Shown here in pieces: positions 32,845 through 45,292 of a DNA stretch of 64,000 nucleotides. The stretch comes from Pelagomonas calceolata. Lineage: Eukaryota. The stretch's first letter is position 1. The number at the start of each line of letters is the position of its first letter. The DNA is taken from contig CAKKNE010000003.1 in assembly GCA_918797485.1 (NCBI GenBank), positions 3,658,001 through 3,722,000 of the forward strand. The letters run 5' to 3'. The translations under genes were made by a program, and so were the position numbers. The notes under the pieces are model-generated. The model was not told the DNA's origin. It did no database searches and worked only from the letters and a program-made list of their open reading frames with translations.

Positions 32845-33297
32845 GGCTGCGTTTTGGCTCTTTGGAGCGTCGCGGCGGCACCGTTTCGCGCGGCGCTGCA
32901 GCGGGCAGTGACGATGAGCCTCTGTGCGCTGCGGCGGCGCACGCGGCACGCGTGGTCAGGCGCTCTGCTCGTTTCCACAGCCTTGCCTGCGTGCTAGTGT
33001 CTTAGTACGCTAGCCCGGGTCGTGTCTTTCCGCTAGTGGTGTTGTGAGAGGCGTCCTCGTACGCCTGCGGACATCTTCGACGCGTCTCGGGCTTCACTCG
33101 AGGCTCGATATAGCAGTGACGGCATTGCCGGATTCGAGGGCCTAGCTCCCGTATTCGTGGCTCTTGAATCGTCGGGAACACGGCATCCCTTCGACGACAT
33201 CCATTCCCAGCGCACTGACCAGCAGAGACGCGTTCGCAGCGCGCCAAGAAGCGTAGCCACCAAGCTCTCAGGGCCACAAGCCAAAGCTCACGCAACC

Positions 33298-34603
33298 ATG
33301 CCGCGCGCGGCCCTCCTGCTGGCTTCCGCGACGGCCCTGCTCGCGCCGCAATCGACGATCAAGCAGACGCGGCGCCACTCCACAACATTAAACCCCCTCG
33401 AGCAGCTCGCCGAGCAGGTCCGCGGCCCAGTGTCAAAGTGTCTGCGCGACGCCGTCGACGCGACACGGTTCCACACAGGCCCAGATCAAGGCCTACGAAG
33501 CCTCCGCCGCCGCCATCGCCGCGACCATCAGCGCCAAGGTAGCAGAAAAAGGCGACCGCATGCCCGACGGCATGGTTCCTATAGTACAAGAATTCATGCG
33601 TACTTATCTGGATGTGGTAGCAAAACAAAAACGGGACCCCATGGAGAAGGTTCCGGTGCTAAAGGAGTACCTCGGGTTGGTCGAAGATCAACTCGATGAA
33701 CCTTTTGTGTTCGCTCCTTATCATGAGGCGTGGACGGAGGAAAACGGGGCACCGATCGACCATCTCAAGATGGACACGGCGTTCATGGAGCCCATGCTCG
33801 ACCCGAACGATTCGGTACTGCTCGGGAGTGAGCGTGTCAAGGACATTGAGGCGTTATTAGCGAAAGGTGACAATGTGGTCCTACTGTCGAATCATCAGAC
33901 CGAGGCGGACCCGAGCTGCTGGTCCTTTGCGCTCCATGAAAATCATGAGCGGCTCGAGCGAGATATGATCATGGTGGCCGGCGACCGCGTGACGACGGAT
34001 GTCGTGGCGGTACCTTTCAGCAAAGCTCGCAATTTATTATGTATCTACTCGAAGCGCCACATCGACAACCCGCCCGAGGAGAAGCCCAAGAAGATGCGCC
34101 ACAACGCGAAGACGATGACGGCCATGCTCCGCCTCTTCAAAGGAGGTGGGAAATGCATCTGGGTCGCGCCGTCGGGAGGGCGCGACCGACCGAACAGTGA
34201 CGGCGTCTACACGCCGGCTGCCTTCGACCCGAAGTCCGTAGAGATGTTCCGGCTCATGTCCGCCAAAGCTGCTGATAAAACCACGCATTTTTATCCAGTA
34301 GCGATGATGACGCACCGACTCTTCCCGCCGCCGAAAACGCTCACGCCGGGCGCGTTGGGCGAGCCGCGAAGGGCCATCCGCGGCTCCGTGAACATCGCCA
34401 TCGGCGAACCTATTGATTTCGACGAAGTGACACGGGCCGGTTGTTTAGTTGATGACTTCCCGCCGGGCTGCGTCGAGGATAGGGAAGATGCGGCGCAAGT
34501 CGCGGCGGAGTACGCGCACCTCCAGGTGTCGCAGCTGTACGCGGACTTGGTCAAGGACGCGAAGGACCGGGGGTCGCCGTACTACTCCGCGGACCGGTAC
34601 TGA
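33298..34603 (+). CDS. Plastid glycerol-3-phosphate acyltransferase (ATS1-like), 2 exons (intron 33418-33478)
   Basis: LLSNHQTEADP, VAGDRVTTD, PFSKARNLLCIYSKRHI, WVAPSGGRDR. Confidence 0.93.
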
Positions 34604-34790
34604 GAAGTGGGGCGTAAGTGGGTATATCTAGACGCCTTGCCGCGGCGATGGCGTCTCGGGGGCGTCCCTTCGACGAGTTATCACGAGTTCTGATTTTTCT
34701 AGTGCGTCTATACCGTTATTCGCCGTAAAAATAGTCATCGCGCTCGGTGCATCGCGAGTCGTGACGCTGCCAGCCTAACAAGTTTGAACC

Positions 34791-36006
34791 ATGAAGCTCA
34801 TCTTAGCCGTCGCGACCTCCGCCTATGCTTTCACAGGCCCCGCGGCCCGCCTCCCGTCGGCCAGCGTGGGCCGCACGCTGCAGGTCAAGGCACAGCCCAC
34901 CATGCTCCTCGGCGGCCTCCGCGCGCGCGCCAACAACCTCGTCCCACGCGGCGTCCGCGAAGTTCAGCAAGACCCGGGGAGTCTCGCGACGAAACCGCAA
35001 AACCCAGCGAGCCTCGCAGGTCGCCACGAAAGCCGAAGCCGCGGAAGTCTCGACGACGGAGAAGAAGGGCTTCCTGGGCGGCTTGGATGTGCCCCTCCTG
35101 GCCTACTTCTTCTTCTGGTACCTCGGCAACTACTACTACAACATCTCGAACAAGACCGCGTTGAAGGCGGCTGGTGGTGCCTTAGGGTACCCCATGACCA
35201 TCTCAACTTTACAACTGGGCGTCGGGTCGTTGTATGCCCTCTTCCTCTGGGCCGCGCCGGACGCGAGAAGCTTCCCGAAGGTCAACACCAAGGACATCAT
35301 TGCCCTATTACCGGTGGCGTTCTGCGCCGCCGGCGCCCACGCGGGCTCCGTCTTCGCCCTGTCCGCCGGCGCCGTCAGCTTCGGCCAGATCGTCAAGGCG
35401 GCCGAGCCGGCCTTCGCGGCCGTCGTCGGCACGAAGCTCTACGGCAAGAAGATCTCGAAGGCCAAGTGGCTCTCGCTCATCCCCGTCATCGGTGGTGTGT
35501 GCTTAGCATCGTTAAAAGAACTGGACTTCGCCGTGAGCGCCCTCATCGCAGCCTGTACGGCCAACGTCTTCGCGGCCTTCAAGGCCAACGAGAACGCCAA
35601 GGTGATGGCCGCGCCGGGCCTCAAGGACCGCTTGGGCTCCGTCGGCAACCAGTTCGCCCTGACGACGATCCTGGCCTTCCTCATGTCGATCCCCGTCGTG
35701 GTGTTGAAGGGCGAGCCCTGGAGCGGCTTCGTGCAGCTCTGGAAGACGAACCCCGTCGTGAGGTTCAACGTTTTGGCGTCGGGCCTCTGGTTTTATGGGT
35801 ACAACGAGCTCGCGACGATGACGATCAAGAAGACGTCCGCGGTCACGCAGTCCGTCGCGAACACCGCCAAGCGCGTCATCGTCATCGTCGGCGTCGCGAT
35901 TGTGATGGGCGAGTCCTTGAATCCCCTCAAGCTCGCGGGCTGCGCCATCGGCATCGGCGGCGTCTTCCTCTACTCCGTTATCGACCAGCTCCTCGCGAAG
36001 AAGTGA
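34791..36006 (+). CDS. Plastid triose-phosphate/phosphate translocator family, 2 exons (intron ~34941-35019; donor could be 34953)
   Basis: FWYLGNYYYNISNK, AVSFGQIVKAAEPAF, YGYNELA, SVANTAKRVIVI; signal ending SAYA-F. Confidence 0.92.
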
Positions 36007-36265
36007 ATGAAGTGAGGGGCCGCGCGCGCGCCGGGGGCGGCGCACTAAGGATAAATAACTGGAGCGCCGCGTCGAAGGCGTACCGCGGGGTCAGAAGAGT
36101 CCCAGAGAATCCACTGCAAACCACAAGGGCACCAAGGAGTACGAGCACAGGAGCTCTAGTATGTCTAAGTAGCGGTGCGTGACAACAAAAAGTGGCAGCA
36201 GAGGTGCTTCAGACAGCCGTGGTGCGACGCCAGCGGCGCGACGCCGCCGCTGCTGCGCCAAAAAA

Positions 36266-38804
36266 ATGAATCAAGACGACCGCTACCGGAACGACTACCC
36301 CAGCGGTGCGTACCAGTCCAGCGGCCTGCACACAGCGCAGCGGGCGGGCGGCGCGACCTACGCCCGCCCCGCCGGGCCGACGCCGCCATCGATGCCGCCC
36401 CCGCCGCCTGCAATAGTGCAAAATCCGGTACCTTACCGACCGTCGAGAGCCGTCGCCATACTACGAGGCGATTCAGATGATGCCGGCCCCCTAAACCCCG
36501 ACACGTCGATCAACAGAGACACATCAAAAGACTGGATCTGTGAAAGTTGCGAGAATTTGAACTTCTCGGCGCGACGGGAGTGCAAACGATGTAGTAAACC
36601 ACGACCGGCGCGGCCTCGTTACGCGCAAACGAAATTGAGCAAGAACCCCTGGTCGCACCGAGACGTTACCAGAGACTGGCGCTGCCCGGCTTGTGACAAC
36701 GTGAACTACGCGGGACGAGACAGATGCAATAGATGTGCAAGGCCCCAACCGGCTCAAGTGAAATACGTCCACCAGCCGACGATTCCCAAGGACGTCTGCC
36801 CCACGATCAAACTCGGGCTGCCGCAACCGAAGGTCGAGGAGAAGAATCCCGAGTGGGACGGGCGAGGCGGGGGGTTGGGGCCTTTATTACCACAAAAACG
36901 GTCCCATCCTTCCCATTCTACGCGAGATCCGGAAAAAGATTGGCGCTGCCCGCTCTGCAACAACGTCAACTTTTGCGGGCGCGTCCACTGCAACAAGTGC
37001 CGAGCTATTATACCTTTTGACGGCTACGAGGCGATCCACGGGTCCGCGGCTCCGTGTCGTGAATGAACTTGAACTTGCTGGGGTCGCGGCGACGCCGTGA
37101 CGCGGTGCCACGCTGCCGTGGTCGCGTCGATGGCGTCGAGGCGATGCCACACCGCCGTGACGCCGTCGACGCGATGCCATCGTGACGCCGTCGCCGCGGC
37201 CGTCAGAGTTCCCACGCAGGTCGTCCGACGGCTACGAGAAAATTCGACCGATACGGGAATTGCGTCCCCCAAAGCAACCTCGTAGACAATCGGCCTTCGA
37301 CTGGGTCTGTGCTGGTTGTACGAATGTCAACTACTCCGGTCGACTGGCGTGCAATAAATGTCAAAGACCCGTGACCGCCGCGTGCCGGCTGGTGACGCCG
37401 AAGGGCGAGATCGCAAAAAGGGACCAGGACGACGTCGGGTTGCTCGAGCGGCAAGTGACGGAGCAGGCTCCCGTTATGATAGAAAGGGGCCCACCGGCGC
37501 CCGCTTATTTATCAGATGAGGCGCTGGCTCTCGCTGCCCAGAACGCGGAGACGCTCGAGAGCGCTTTGGACATCGCCTCGCGCGCCAAGGGCCCTCGGGC
37601 GCTTGAAGGTGCTGCGAGAAGGCTGGCGAAAGCGCCCGACGGGAGACGGTGCGACGTGCGGCGAGATCATAGGTTTTTGTCGTTCTTAAGGGCTCTGCGG
37701 ACAAGATTGATCGATGACGAACTGGGTCCGTCGGAAACGGCGAATATTGTGGTGGCATTAGCTTCGTTGGGTTGTTGTTCCGGCGGTCTGGACCGGGACG
37801 GCCGCGCTTTTGAGGGAAGAGCTTTTGCATCAATTGGAAGACGGGCGAGCGTTTCCATCGAGACCTACGATTCTGCCGCTCTCAGCTCATTGTTGTGGGC
37901 CTTCACAACATCAAAGCAGGAGCTCGCGTGCCTCGCAAAGGCTTCCGAGCGCTTCGTGACCATCGAGGCGTGGGACGCGCCTTCACTCGCGAACGCGTGC
38001 TGGGGCCTCGCTTCCCTAAACGCGCCTCTAGACTGGTCCCGCGCTTTGAGAAGGGCGCGGGCCGTCGACGCGTCCGGTGGGGACCTCGCCAAGCTCGTCT
38101 GGGCCCTCTCTACCAATAACCAGGACGTGTCGGCGCTCGCGAACAAGGTGGGCGACGTAACGACGTGGCCGCCCTCCGCCGTCGCGCGCCTCGCCGTCGG
38201 GTTGTGTGCAGGAGATCATACAAAGGTGCTGCTCAAGGTCGCGGCGCACCTGCGGGAGAGTTTGTCGGACTACGCTTCGTCTGAGTTGGTCGACGTGGCA
38301 TACGCGCTGTCGAAAGCGGACGCGCGGGCCTTCCGGCCGGCTATTGATCTGGCCCTCGCCGACATCGACGCTTCCTCGTTGGACTGTGACGCGCTCGCTC
38401 GCTTGTTCGAGGCGCTTAGCGCTGCGGAGCCGCCCGCGGACGTCGTCTCGAAAGCTGTTCATGCGGCTTGTGATATGAAGCTGTGGCGGCCGGCGGCGCT
38501 CGTGACTGTCGCGGGCCGCGCGACGGACGCGGCCCTGCTGGACGCGCTGGTTGGGGCTTCTCTGGCGCTCCGCGATCGCTTCGACGGCGCGCAGCGGCGG
38601 CAATTACGGGAGGCCCTCGGCGCGCGCCTGCCCGCGGATTTTGACAAGGCCGACGCCGCGGTCGCGGACGAGCCGCTCCCCGAGTCCGCGGCGCCGCCGC
38701 CGGTCGTCGCGAGGCCGCCGCCGCCGCCGTTGATAACCGGGCCGTCGCTGCTGCCCGCGTTTTTGCAGGACAAGTTGCGTGGGGACTTTCTGGGGGGTTT
38801 TTAG
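36266..38804 (+). CDS. Protein with four RanBP2-type zinc fingers and a helical-repeat (RAP/OPR-like) region, 2 exons (intron 37042-37219)
   Basis: Four DWxCxxCxNxN(F/Y)xxRxxCxxC motifs; repeats such as LSSLLWAF, LANACWGLA, LAKLVWAL. Confidence 0.8.
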
Positions 38805-38975
38805 GTGTTGTGTTTTTGTAGCCATGACCTCCGTTGATTAGCACGGGTTTCTCAGGCTTCAGGCTATCAAGGCATATTTTATTGAGTCTCGCCCCCAATC
38901 GCGAGGGTTTGGACGGTTTAACCGGTGAGAGACGTATCTCTGCGCTGTCGGCGGCGCCGCAAACCCCGGCGCGGA

Positions 38976-40103
38976 ATGTGGCCCGGAGATATCATTGACG
39001 TCGGCAGGGACAGCGCGCCGACCTTCGCTGATCGAGATAACGACGGAGACCTGGATCTTGTCGTCGGAGAAGGGGATGGTAAACTTTTGTACTACCGTAA
39101 CGTGGGCACGCCGTCGCAGCCGAAGTTTGAGAAGGTCGACGACGAGAGCCCTTTTGACGGCATCGACGTCGGCGAGAGAAGAAGTGCGAGCGCGAAGGCA
39201 GCGTCGACGGACTACAGCAGGCCGTCCGCAACGTTCATCTGTACTCGCGCAAGGAGACGCCCCTGGAGAAGATCCGCGTCTGGGTGGATTATGTATCGAT
39301 ACCGCAGAAAAATCGGAGCGTCCAGAAACTGGCCATCGCGTCGCTCCCGACGTTCGCCAGTTGCTGTGATTATTTCGTAGTGGTCGCGCCCGATGCCACT
39401 CACCAGAACACCGGCTGCGCGTGCAACTCGCAAAGCTATCGGCTCCGCGCGTGGTGTCGCGCCGAGATCATGAGCTGCTGGGCGCGGAACGGCACCAAGG
39501 ACATGTACTACAACACCAACGAGGCACTGAAACCATTAGTGGTCCGCGCCCGGCGTCTTGCGAGGCGGCGATGGCGTATCCTCATCACTTCCCGCGCAGG
39601 TGAGCGACGAGATCCTGGCCGAGGCGCTCGATGTGATGAACGGGGAGTTTTCGTGCTGTCGCCTCGGCCATCCGAACGAGGAGCCTTGCGACCGCGAGCA
39701 GCTCATGCTCCCGCTCCTAGGATTGTACGCGGACGTTTATCGAGACCGCGAGGGCAAAAGTGCCGCCGCCTACGCGTTCATCGAGCCGCGAAAGCACCAG
39801 CTGTTCCCGGAGACGTTCGAGTACACGCACCGAAGCCCGGACGGCGTCGAGACGACGACGACCCAGGCGCTGTTCGGCGACCTCGTTGCGGCCGTCGAGT
39901 ACGCGACGGACCAGGATCTGGGCGACGGCTTGCCTACCCTCGCGCCCGACTTCGCGCCCGGGACCCACGCGCAGAGTCACCGGCTCCACCACGCCAAGCA
40001 CGGCTCCAAGCACGGTTCCAAGCACGGGAGCGGCTCTTTCGCGGCGCTCTTCAGCTCGACAAGCGGCTCCGTTCGCGGTTCCGTCGGCGCGCCGGCGCCC
40101 TGA
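38976..40103 (+). pseudogene. FG-GAP repeat fragment out of frame with a HET-like domain; intron ~39542-39599
   Basis: APTFADRDNDGDLDLVVGEGDG.L.YYRN in one frame; VWVDYVSIPQ...AIASLP...YRLRAWCRAE in another; frame change near 39175. Confidence 0.5.
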
Positions 40104-40556
40104 GCCTCCCCAGATATAGACCTCCCTCCCTCCCTCCTGAGTTCCTCTGAATATAACATAGTCCCTCACTGTCGCGGAGCCAACTTGCCCATAGTCCCTC
40201 ACCAACTCCTTGGCTCACGGGAGCCGCGCGGAGCCAATTTGCCCCACCCACACGGAGGCATGCACGGGCAGCCCGGACGAGTCGTAGACAGACCAAACCC
40301 CTCGCGTCGACGCGTCCAGCGCTCGATCAAAATCGTGCGGGGCCGGCACTCGTCACAGCTGGAGCTCAACGAAGTAGGCTTGACGCAAGCCCAAACCGTG
40401 ACCGCTGGACGTCCGCAGCGCTCCCGGTAGTCATTTCTCGGCCCGAGCGTCCGGCGCGCCAACTCGCATTGCTCGAGGAGCCGTGCCTGTCCGGTTGCAC
40501 TCAGAGCTCGCCCTAGTTGTAGTGCAGCGCGAGGCGAGTAAAGCACCGCTGTAGCC

Positions 40557-43532
40557 ATGGCGCGACGACGACGAATAATAGCCGCCGCAGCGCTCGTATG
40601 CACTTCCGCGCTCGTGCCGCTGCAGGCGCCGAGGCCGCGACGGACCGTCTCGCGCTACTCCGAGGCCGTCGACGAGGACACGTTGCTCCCGTCCGGCGAC
40701 GCCGCGGCCGCCGCGGACACCGACCGTCGCCCGCGCAACGGCAACAGACAAAACCAAGGGGGAGGCCGGGGCCGCATCATCCAGCTCTCGAACCCGATGC
40801 GACTGGTGAGGAAGCAGAGGCCCGGCGGTGATCGGCGAGGCCCCCCGGGCGGACAGCGGCGCGGCGGGCCTCCGCAAAGGGTCGGGAGCACGGGCGGACC
40901 GGTCGCCGACGTCCCGAACCCGGACAAGACCCCTGGCCGCAGATTCGCGAACAAGGCCGATAAACCCGACTATGATAAGAGGAAGCCCACGCGGCGGACC
41001 TTCGACGCGCCTCAAAGAAGAAGTGGCAACAACCGGCCCGTGCAGTTCCGGGGGGCCCGCGGATCGCTCAAGAGGAAGCGCAACCGCGACGACCGCGAAG
41101 CCAAACAAAAAGAAGCCATAAAACCCGTCATTGTGCCAGATGAACCGATCTCCGTCGGTGCGTTAGCTGAATTGCTCGAGAAGAGTGGAGCGGAAGTGGT
41201 CAAGCACCTCATGCTCAAGATGGGCGTGTTGGCCGCGGTCACGCAGAACGTCGACGGCGCGACGGCTCGGTTGGTGGTGGAGGGCTTTGGAAGGGAGTGG
41301 GCCGCGTCCGCCGACGAAATTGATGATGATGACGAAGATGATGAGGACACTAATGACAGCGGCCCGGCCCTCGCCCTGTCGTCGGGCATCGCCATCGACG
41401 AGGATGATCCTGATTCATTACAACCTAGATCTCCGGTCGTAACAATTATGGGGCACGTCGACCACGGCAAGACAAGTCTCTTGGACGCTCTCCGCGAGGC
41501 CGACGTGGTGAGTGGAGAGGCGGGCGGCATCACCCAAGGAATAGGTGCTTATGTGGTGCCAGTCAAAGATAGGGCCGTGACGTTCATCGACACGCCGGGC
41601 CACGCGGCGTTCACGGAGATGCGCGAGCGGGGTGCGAACGTCACGGACATCGTCGTGTTAGTGGTGGCGGCGGACGACGGCTGCAAGGAGCAAACTGTCG
41701 ATTCGCTCGCTTGTGCTAAGTTGGCGGGCGCCCCAGTTGTTGTAGCCGTCAATAAAATGGACGTCGAGGGCGCCGACGCGCAGCGCGTCGAGGGCGAGCT
41801 CATGTCCTACGATTTAGTACCGGAGAGCGCGGGCGGCGACACGCTCGTCGCGCGCGTCTCTGCCAAGGAGAAGACCGGGCTGGATGAACTCCTCGAGAAG
41901 GTCCTCTTACAAGCGGACCTGTTGGACCTCAAGGCCAATCCCGACCGGCCGGCGACGGGCACGGTCATCGAGGCGGGCGTGGAGAAGGGTCCGTATCTCC
42001 GCGTCCCGTGATTCAGAGGCGGTTTCACTTCACTCAGACGCTTCGTTTCCTGGAATCATGGCGGTGGGTGTTTTTTTTATGCGATTTCGAGTGAATTCGG
42101 GCCGCGCCGGGGCCGCGTTCCGAGAGGTACTGGTGAAGTTACGATAACGGCGCCGGAGAGCGGTCCCGACCGGTCGTACGTGGTCGTGGGCCGCCCGTCG
42201 ACGCCTGCACGCCGTCGCCGCGCTCCGCGACGCCTGGAGCCGCCGCGCGGGCCTCGCGGCGACCGCGGTGGGGCCGGGACGCCGTCGCGGCGTCGTGCGT
42301 CGCCCGCCACGCCGGTGTCGTGATGTCGGCGCGGCGGCGCGGCGGCGCGGGCCTCGCGCCGCTCGATGCGGTCCGCGGGGCCGCGCCAGCGCCTCGCGCG
42401 CGCAGCCGAGCGCGCGTGTCTGCCCCAAGGAGCCTCCACACACACTGCCTCCACACACACGGCTGCTTCGCGAGGCTGGGGCTGCCTCGACGCCATCGAC
42501 GCGGCCGCATGAGAGTCTTCCCATCTCCGCGAGAGAGATTCCTGAATGCGTCCGTGCCGCGCAGGGCTCGGGGTCTGCGCCACGACGCTTGTCGAGAGAG
42601 GTACTCTCAAGGTGGGCGACGTCTTCACGGCCGGTGCCGCGTGGGGCAAGTGCCGCGCGCTGCAGGACGAGTTCGGCAACTCTCTGGAAGAGGCGGGCCC
42701 GAGCACGCCGGTGCGACTGGTAGGCTGGACCACGGGTGCCGACCGAGCGCCCCGCGCGGGCGACGCCTTGAGCGTGGTGCCGGACGAGCCTACGGCGCGC
42801 AAACTCGCGGACGCTAGAAACGAGCTGGCCAATCAGGCCCGGGATGCGAAACTGCGCGCCGCGTCGTCCTCAGGCTTTGACAAGTTCATGGCGAACCTGG
42901 GCGGCGAGGGCATCAAGGAAGAACGCACCTTCCCAATTGTACTTAAGGCTGACACCGCCGGTTCCGTGGAGGCCATCACGTCGTCCCTGGAGGGCCTCGA
43001 CGTTCAAGACGACGTTTCCAGAGTGAAGGCCAAGGTGATCTACAGCGGTGTCGGGGACCTGACCAAGTCCGACATCGCCGTCGCGTCGGTACAAGGTGCT
43101 TTTGTGGTCGCGTTCAACGTCGGGAGCAACGCTGCGGCCATGGACGAGGAACGTAGATTGTCGGGTGCTGTTCGTACCAATTACTACTCTGTAGTATATG
43201 ATGTCTTGGAGGAGATCGAGGGCAAGCTCCAGAAGGTACTTAGTCCGACGCCGGACGGCGAACTCGTCGGCACCGCAGTCGTCAAGCAGTGCTTTGATAT
43301 CGGTAAGCTTGGGAAGGTCGCGGGCTGCGGCGTCGAGACGGGCTGGATCCGCAAGAGCGCGAACATCCGCGTCATGCGCGGCGACGCGATCATGTACCAA
43401 GGTCGCCTGCGCACGCTGCGCAGCGTCAAGGTCGACGTCGAGCGCATCGACGCGGGCTCGGACTGCGGCCTGTCGTTCCGCGACTGGGAGGAAGTGGAAG
43501 TGGGGGACATCGTGGAGGCGTATGAGGAGTAG
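40557..43532 (+). CDS. infB: Plastid translation initiation factor IF-2, 2 exons (intron 41989-42564)
   Basis: [43 protein letters not shown] restores the frame; [12 protein letters not shown]. Confidence 0.95.
41989..42564 (+). mobile_element. Composite (nested) introner-derived intron, 576 nt
   Basis: 5' 120 nt is family B; ~42487-42535 resembles family C. Confidence 0.6.
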
Positions 43533-43845
43533 GTCTTGGCGTAAGAAACTCCTATATAAATAACTTGAAAGCCGCCTAGTACTGGGTGCGACTTTATATA
43601 TACAGACGGGCACAGAATCGAAACCTGCGAGCACCAGCGACTGCACTATGACCCCCGGAGATAGGAACCGGTATTAGATTCATGATCGACCGACTTGACC
43701 ATTCTCCAAAAAATCCCGCAAGCTGGGCGTACCGTCGTCATGCGTGAAAGGTATTTGAAATGGGGCTCGGGATTTTTTTTCTGCGCCTAGCAGCGACGAC
43801 ATGATCGAGATGAAGTATACTGACGGTGGTTACATTTATCAACGA

Positions 43846-43927
43846 CCGACTTTTTTTTTACCAGTCAGTCAGTCAGTCATCAGTCAGATCTAGTCAGTCC
43901 GAGTCAGTGACCGACTTTTTTTTACCA
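43846..43927. repeat. Direct repeat CCGAC(T)nACCA flanking a degenerate (AGTC)n tract
   Basis: Seen directly in the AT-richer spacer between infB and the LHC gene. Confidence 0.75.
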
Positions 43928-44008
43928 TGCTCCAGTGCGCGGAGAAAGACCACTCCAGCACGCCCGCCGCCGCGAAGACTCAACCCCAACTATTACTCCC
44001 CCGCATAT

Positions 44009-44683
44009 CTAGAACGGCGCGTACGGCAAATTCCCCGAGTAGTCCGCCGCGAAGCCGAGTTTGGTGAGCGCCGGCACCGAGCCCTCCGTCAGCCGCGCCG
44101 AAACAAACCCGGCCATGCCGAGCATGGCCAAGCGCCCGTTCGCGAGCTCCATGTCCCGCTTCTTCTTCAGCGTCGCGGCGTCGTACTTGTCCTCCAAAGC
44201 ACCTTTGGTCGTGCCCGTCAGCCGGACCTTGCCGGGCGTGCCGCCCATCACGTAGTGCGGCTTCTGCGCCTCGAAGACGGACTCGATGCCGCCAATAGCG
44301 GCGACGATGGCCTGCTTGCCGTCGAAGGGCATCTTGTCCCACGCCTCCAAGAGGCCGCCCTGGCCCAGGCTTTCGAAGGTCGTGCCGGACATGTCGATGG
44401 CGCCGGGCCAGTGGACGCCGAGGCCCGTCACGACGCAGCCCGCGAAGGCCGCCATGGCGACGCGGCAGTGCTTGATCTCGGCGGCCCGGAACCACAACAA
44501 AGTCTTGTCGTTGACTTTTTCGGCCAATTTAAGGGGGTCGAAGTAGCCGACCGGCGCCTGGATGCCGTCGTCGCCGATGATCGCGCGGTCGGCCGCGAGC
44601 GCCGTGCCCGCGGGCGCCGCGGACGGCGCGACGAAGCCGGCCGCCACGGGCGCGAGCGCGAGGCAGAGGGCGAGCTTCGCCAT
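44009..44683 (-). CDS. Light-harvesting fucoxanthin-chlorophyll a/c binding protein
   Basis: GYFDPL, RAAEIKHCRVAMAA, ELANGRLAMLG; signal ending VAAG-F. Confidence 0.95.
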   Translation of the reverse strand: MAKLALCLALAPVAAGFVAPSAAPAGTALAADRAIIGDDGIQAPVGYFDPLKLAEKVNDKTLLWFRAAEIKHCRVAMAAFAGCVVTGLGVHWPGAIDMSGTTFESLGQGGLLEAWDKMPFDGKQAIVAAIGGIESVFEAQKPHYVMGGTPGKVRLTGTTKGALEDKYDAATLKKKRDMELANGRLAMLGMAGFVSARLTEGSVPALTKLGFAADYSGNLPYAPF

Positions 44684-45292
44684 GCTCTCCCGGTGTGACC
44701 TGCGGGCGCGCGTCGTTAGCGTTAAGCATGTGTGTCGATCGGTCGCTCCGACAGTCGGAGCGGTACCGCGTCTGAAGCCGTGCGACACGACGACCAGCCG
44801 CGCCGCTGCCAGTGCCGCCGCTTGCAGCTTCCGTGCCTCGCAGAGCTCAGCCGGTCGCGCCACGGCGCCGCCGCGCCGGGCAGAGCTCATGCCAGGAGGG
44901 CAGCTGTACTCCCCCGCAGCGGATCGGCTGAGCAAACGGTTTTCGCAGGACGTCGCAGGCATATACGGAGATCACGCCTCTGCAATATGAAGGCCTCAGG
45001 CACCGGCACACACGAGAAAATTGGCTCGCAATCTAACTTGGCGTCGAATCAAGATGGCGGGTTTTGCCGATTTCTTTCGCGACCGTTCCATGCGCGAAGT
45101 GGTCGTTTGATCACTCGCAACAGCGCTGCTTAGCGACGGGTCCAGTAGCGAGGCTCCACTTGGAGAGGCTGCAGCAAAGCAGGCAGAGCGGCGACCGCGA
45201 GCGCACGCAGACAAGCGGTCACTCCATCGACGCGACACGCTTGCACAGCGCTCCAGGAAACGGTCGGCACCAGTGCTTCGGTGCGCCCAGCT

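Noticed and set aside
44684..44962. Long N-terminal ORF extensions (LHC; also 48301 ORF to 49311, 31738 ORF to 32949, 46281 ORF to 47045)
   Set aside because: They run through promoter-like spacers; downstream ATGs give sensible N-termini
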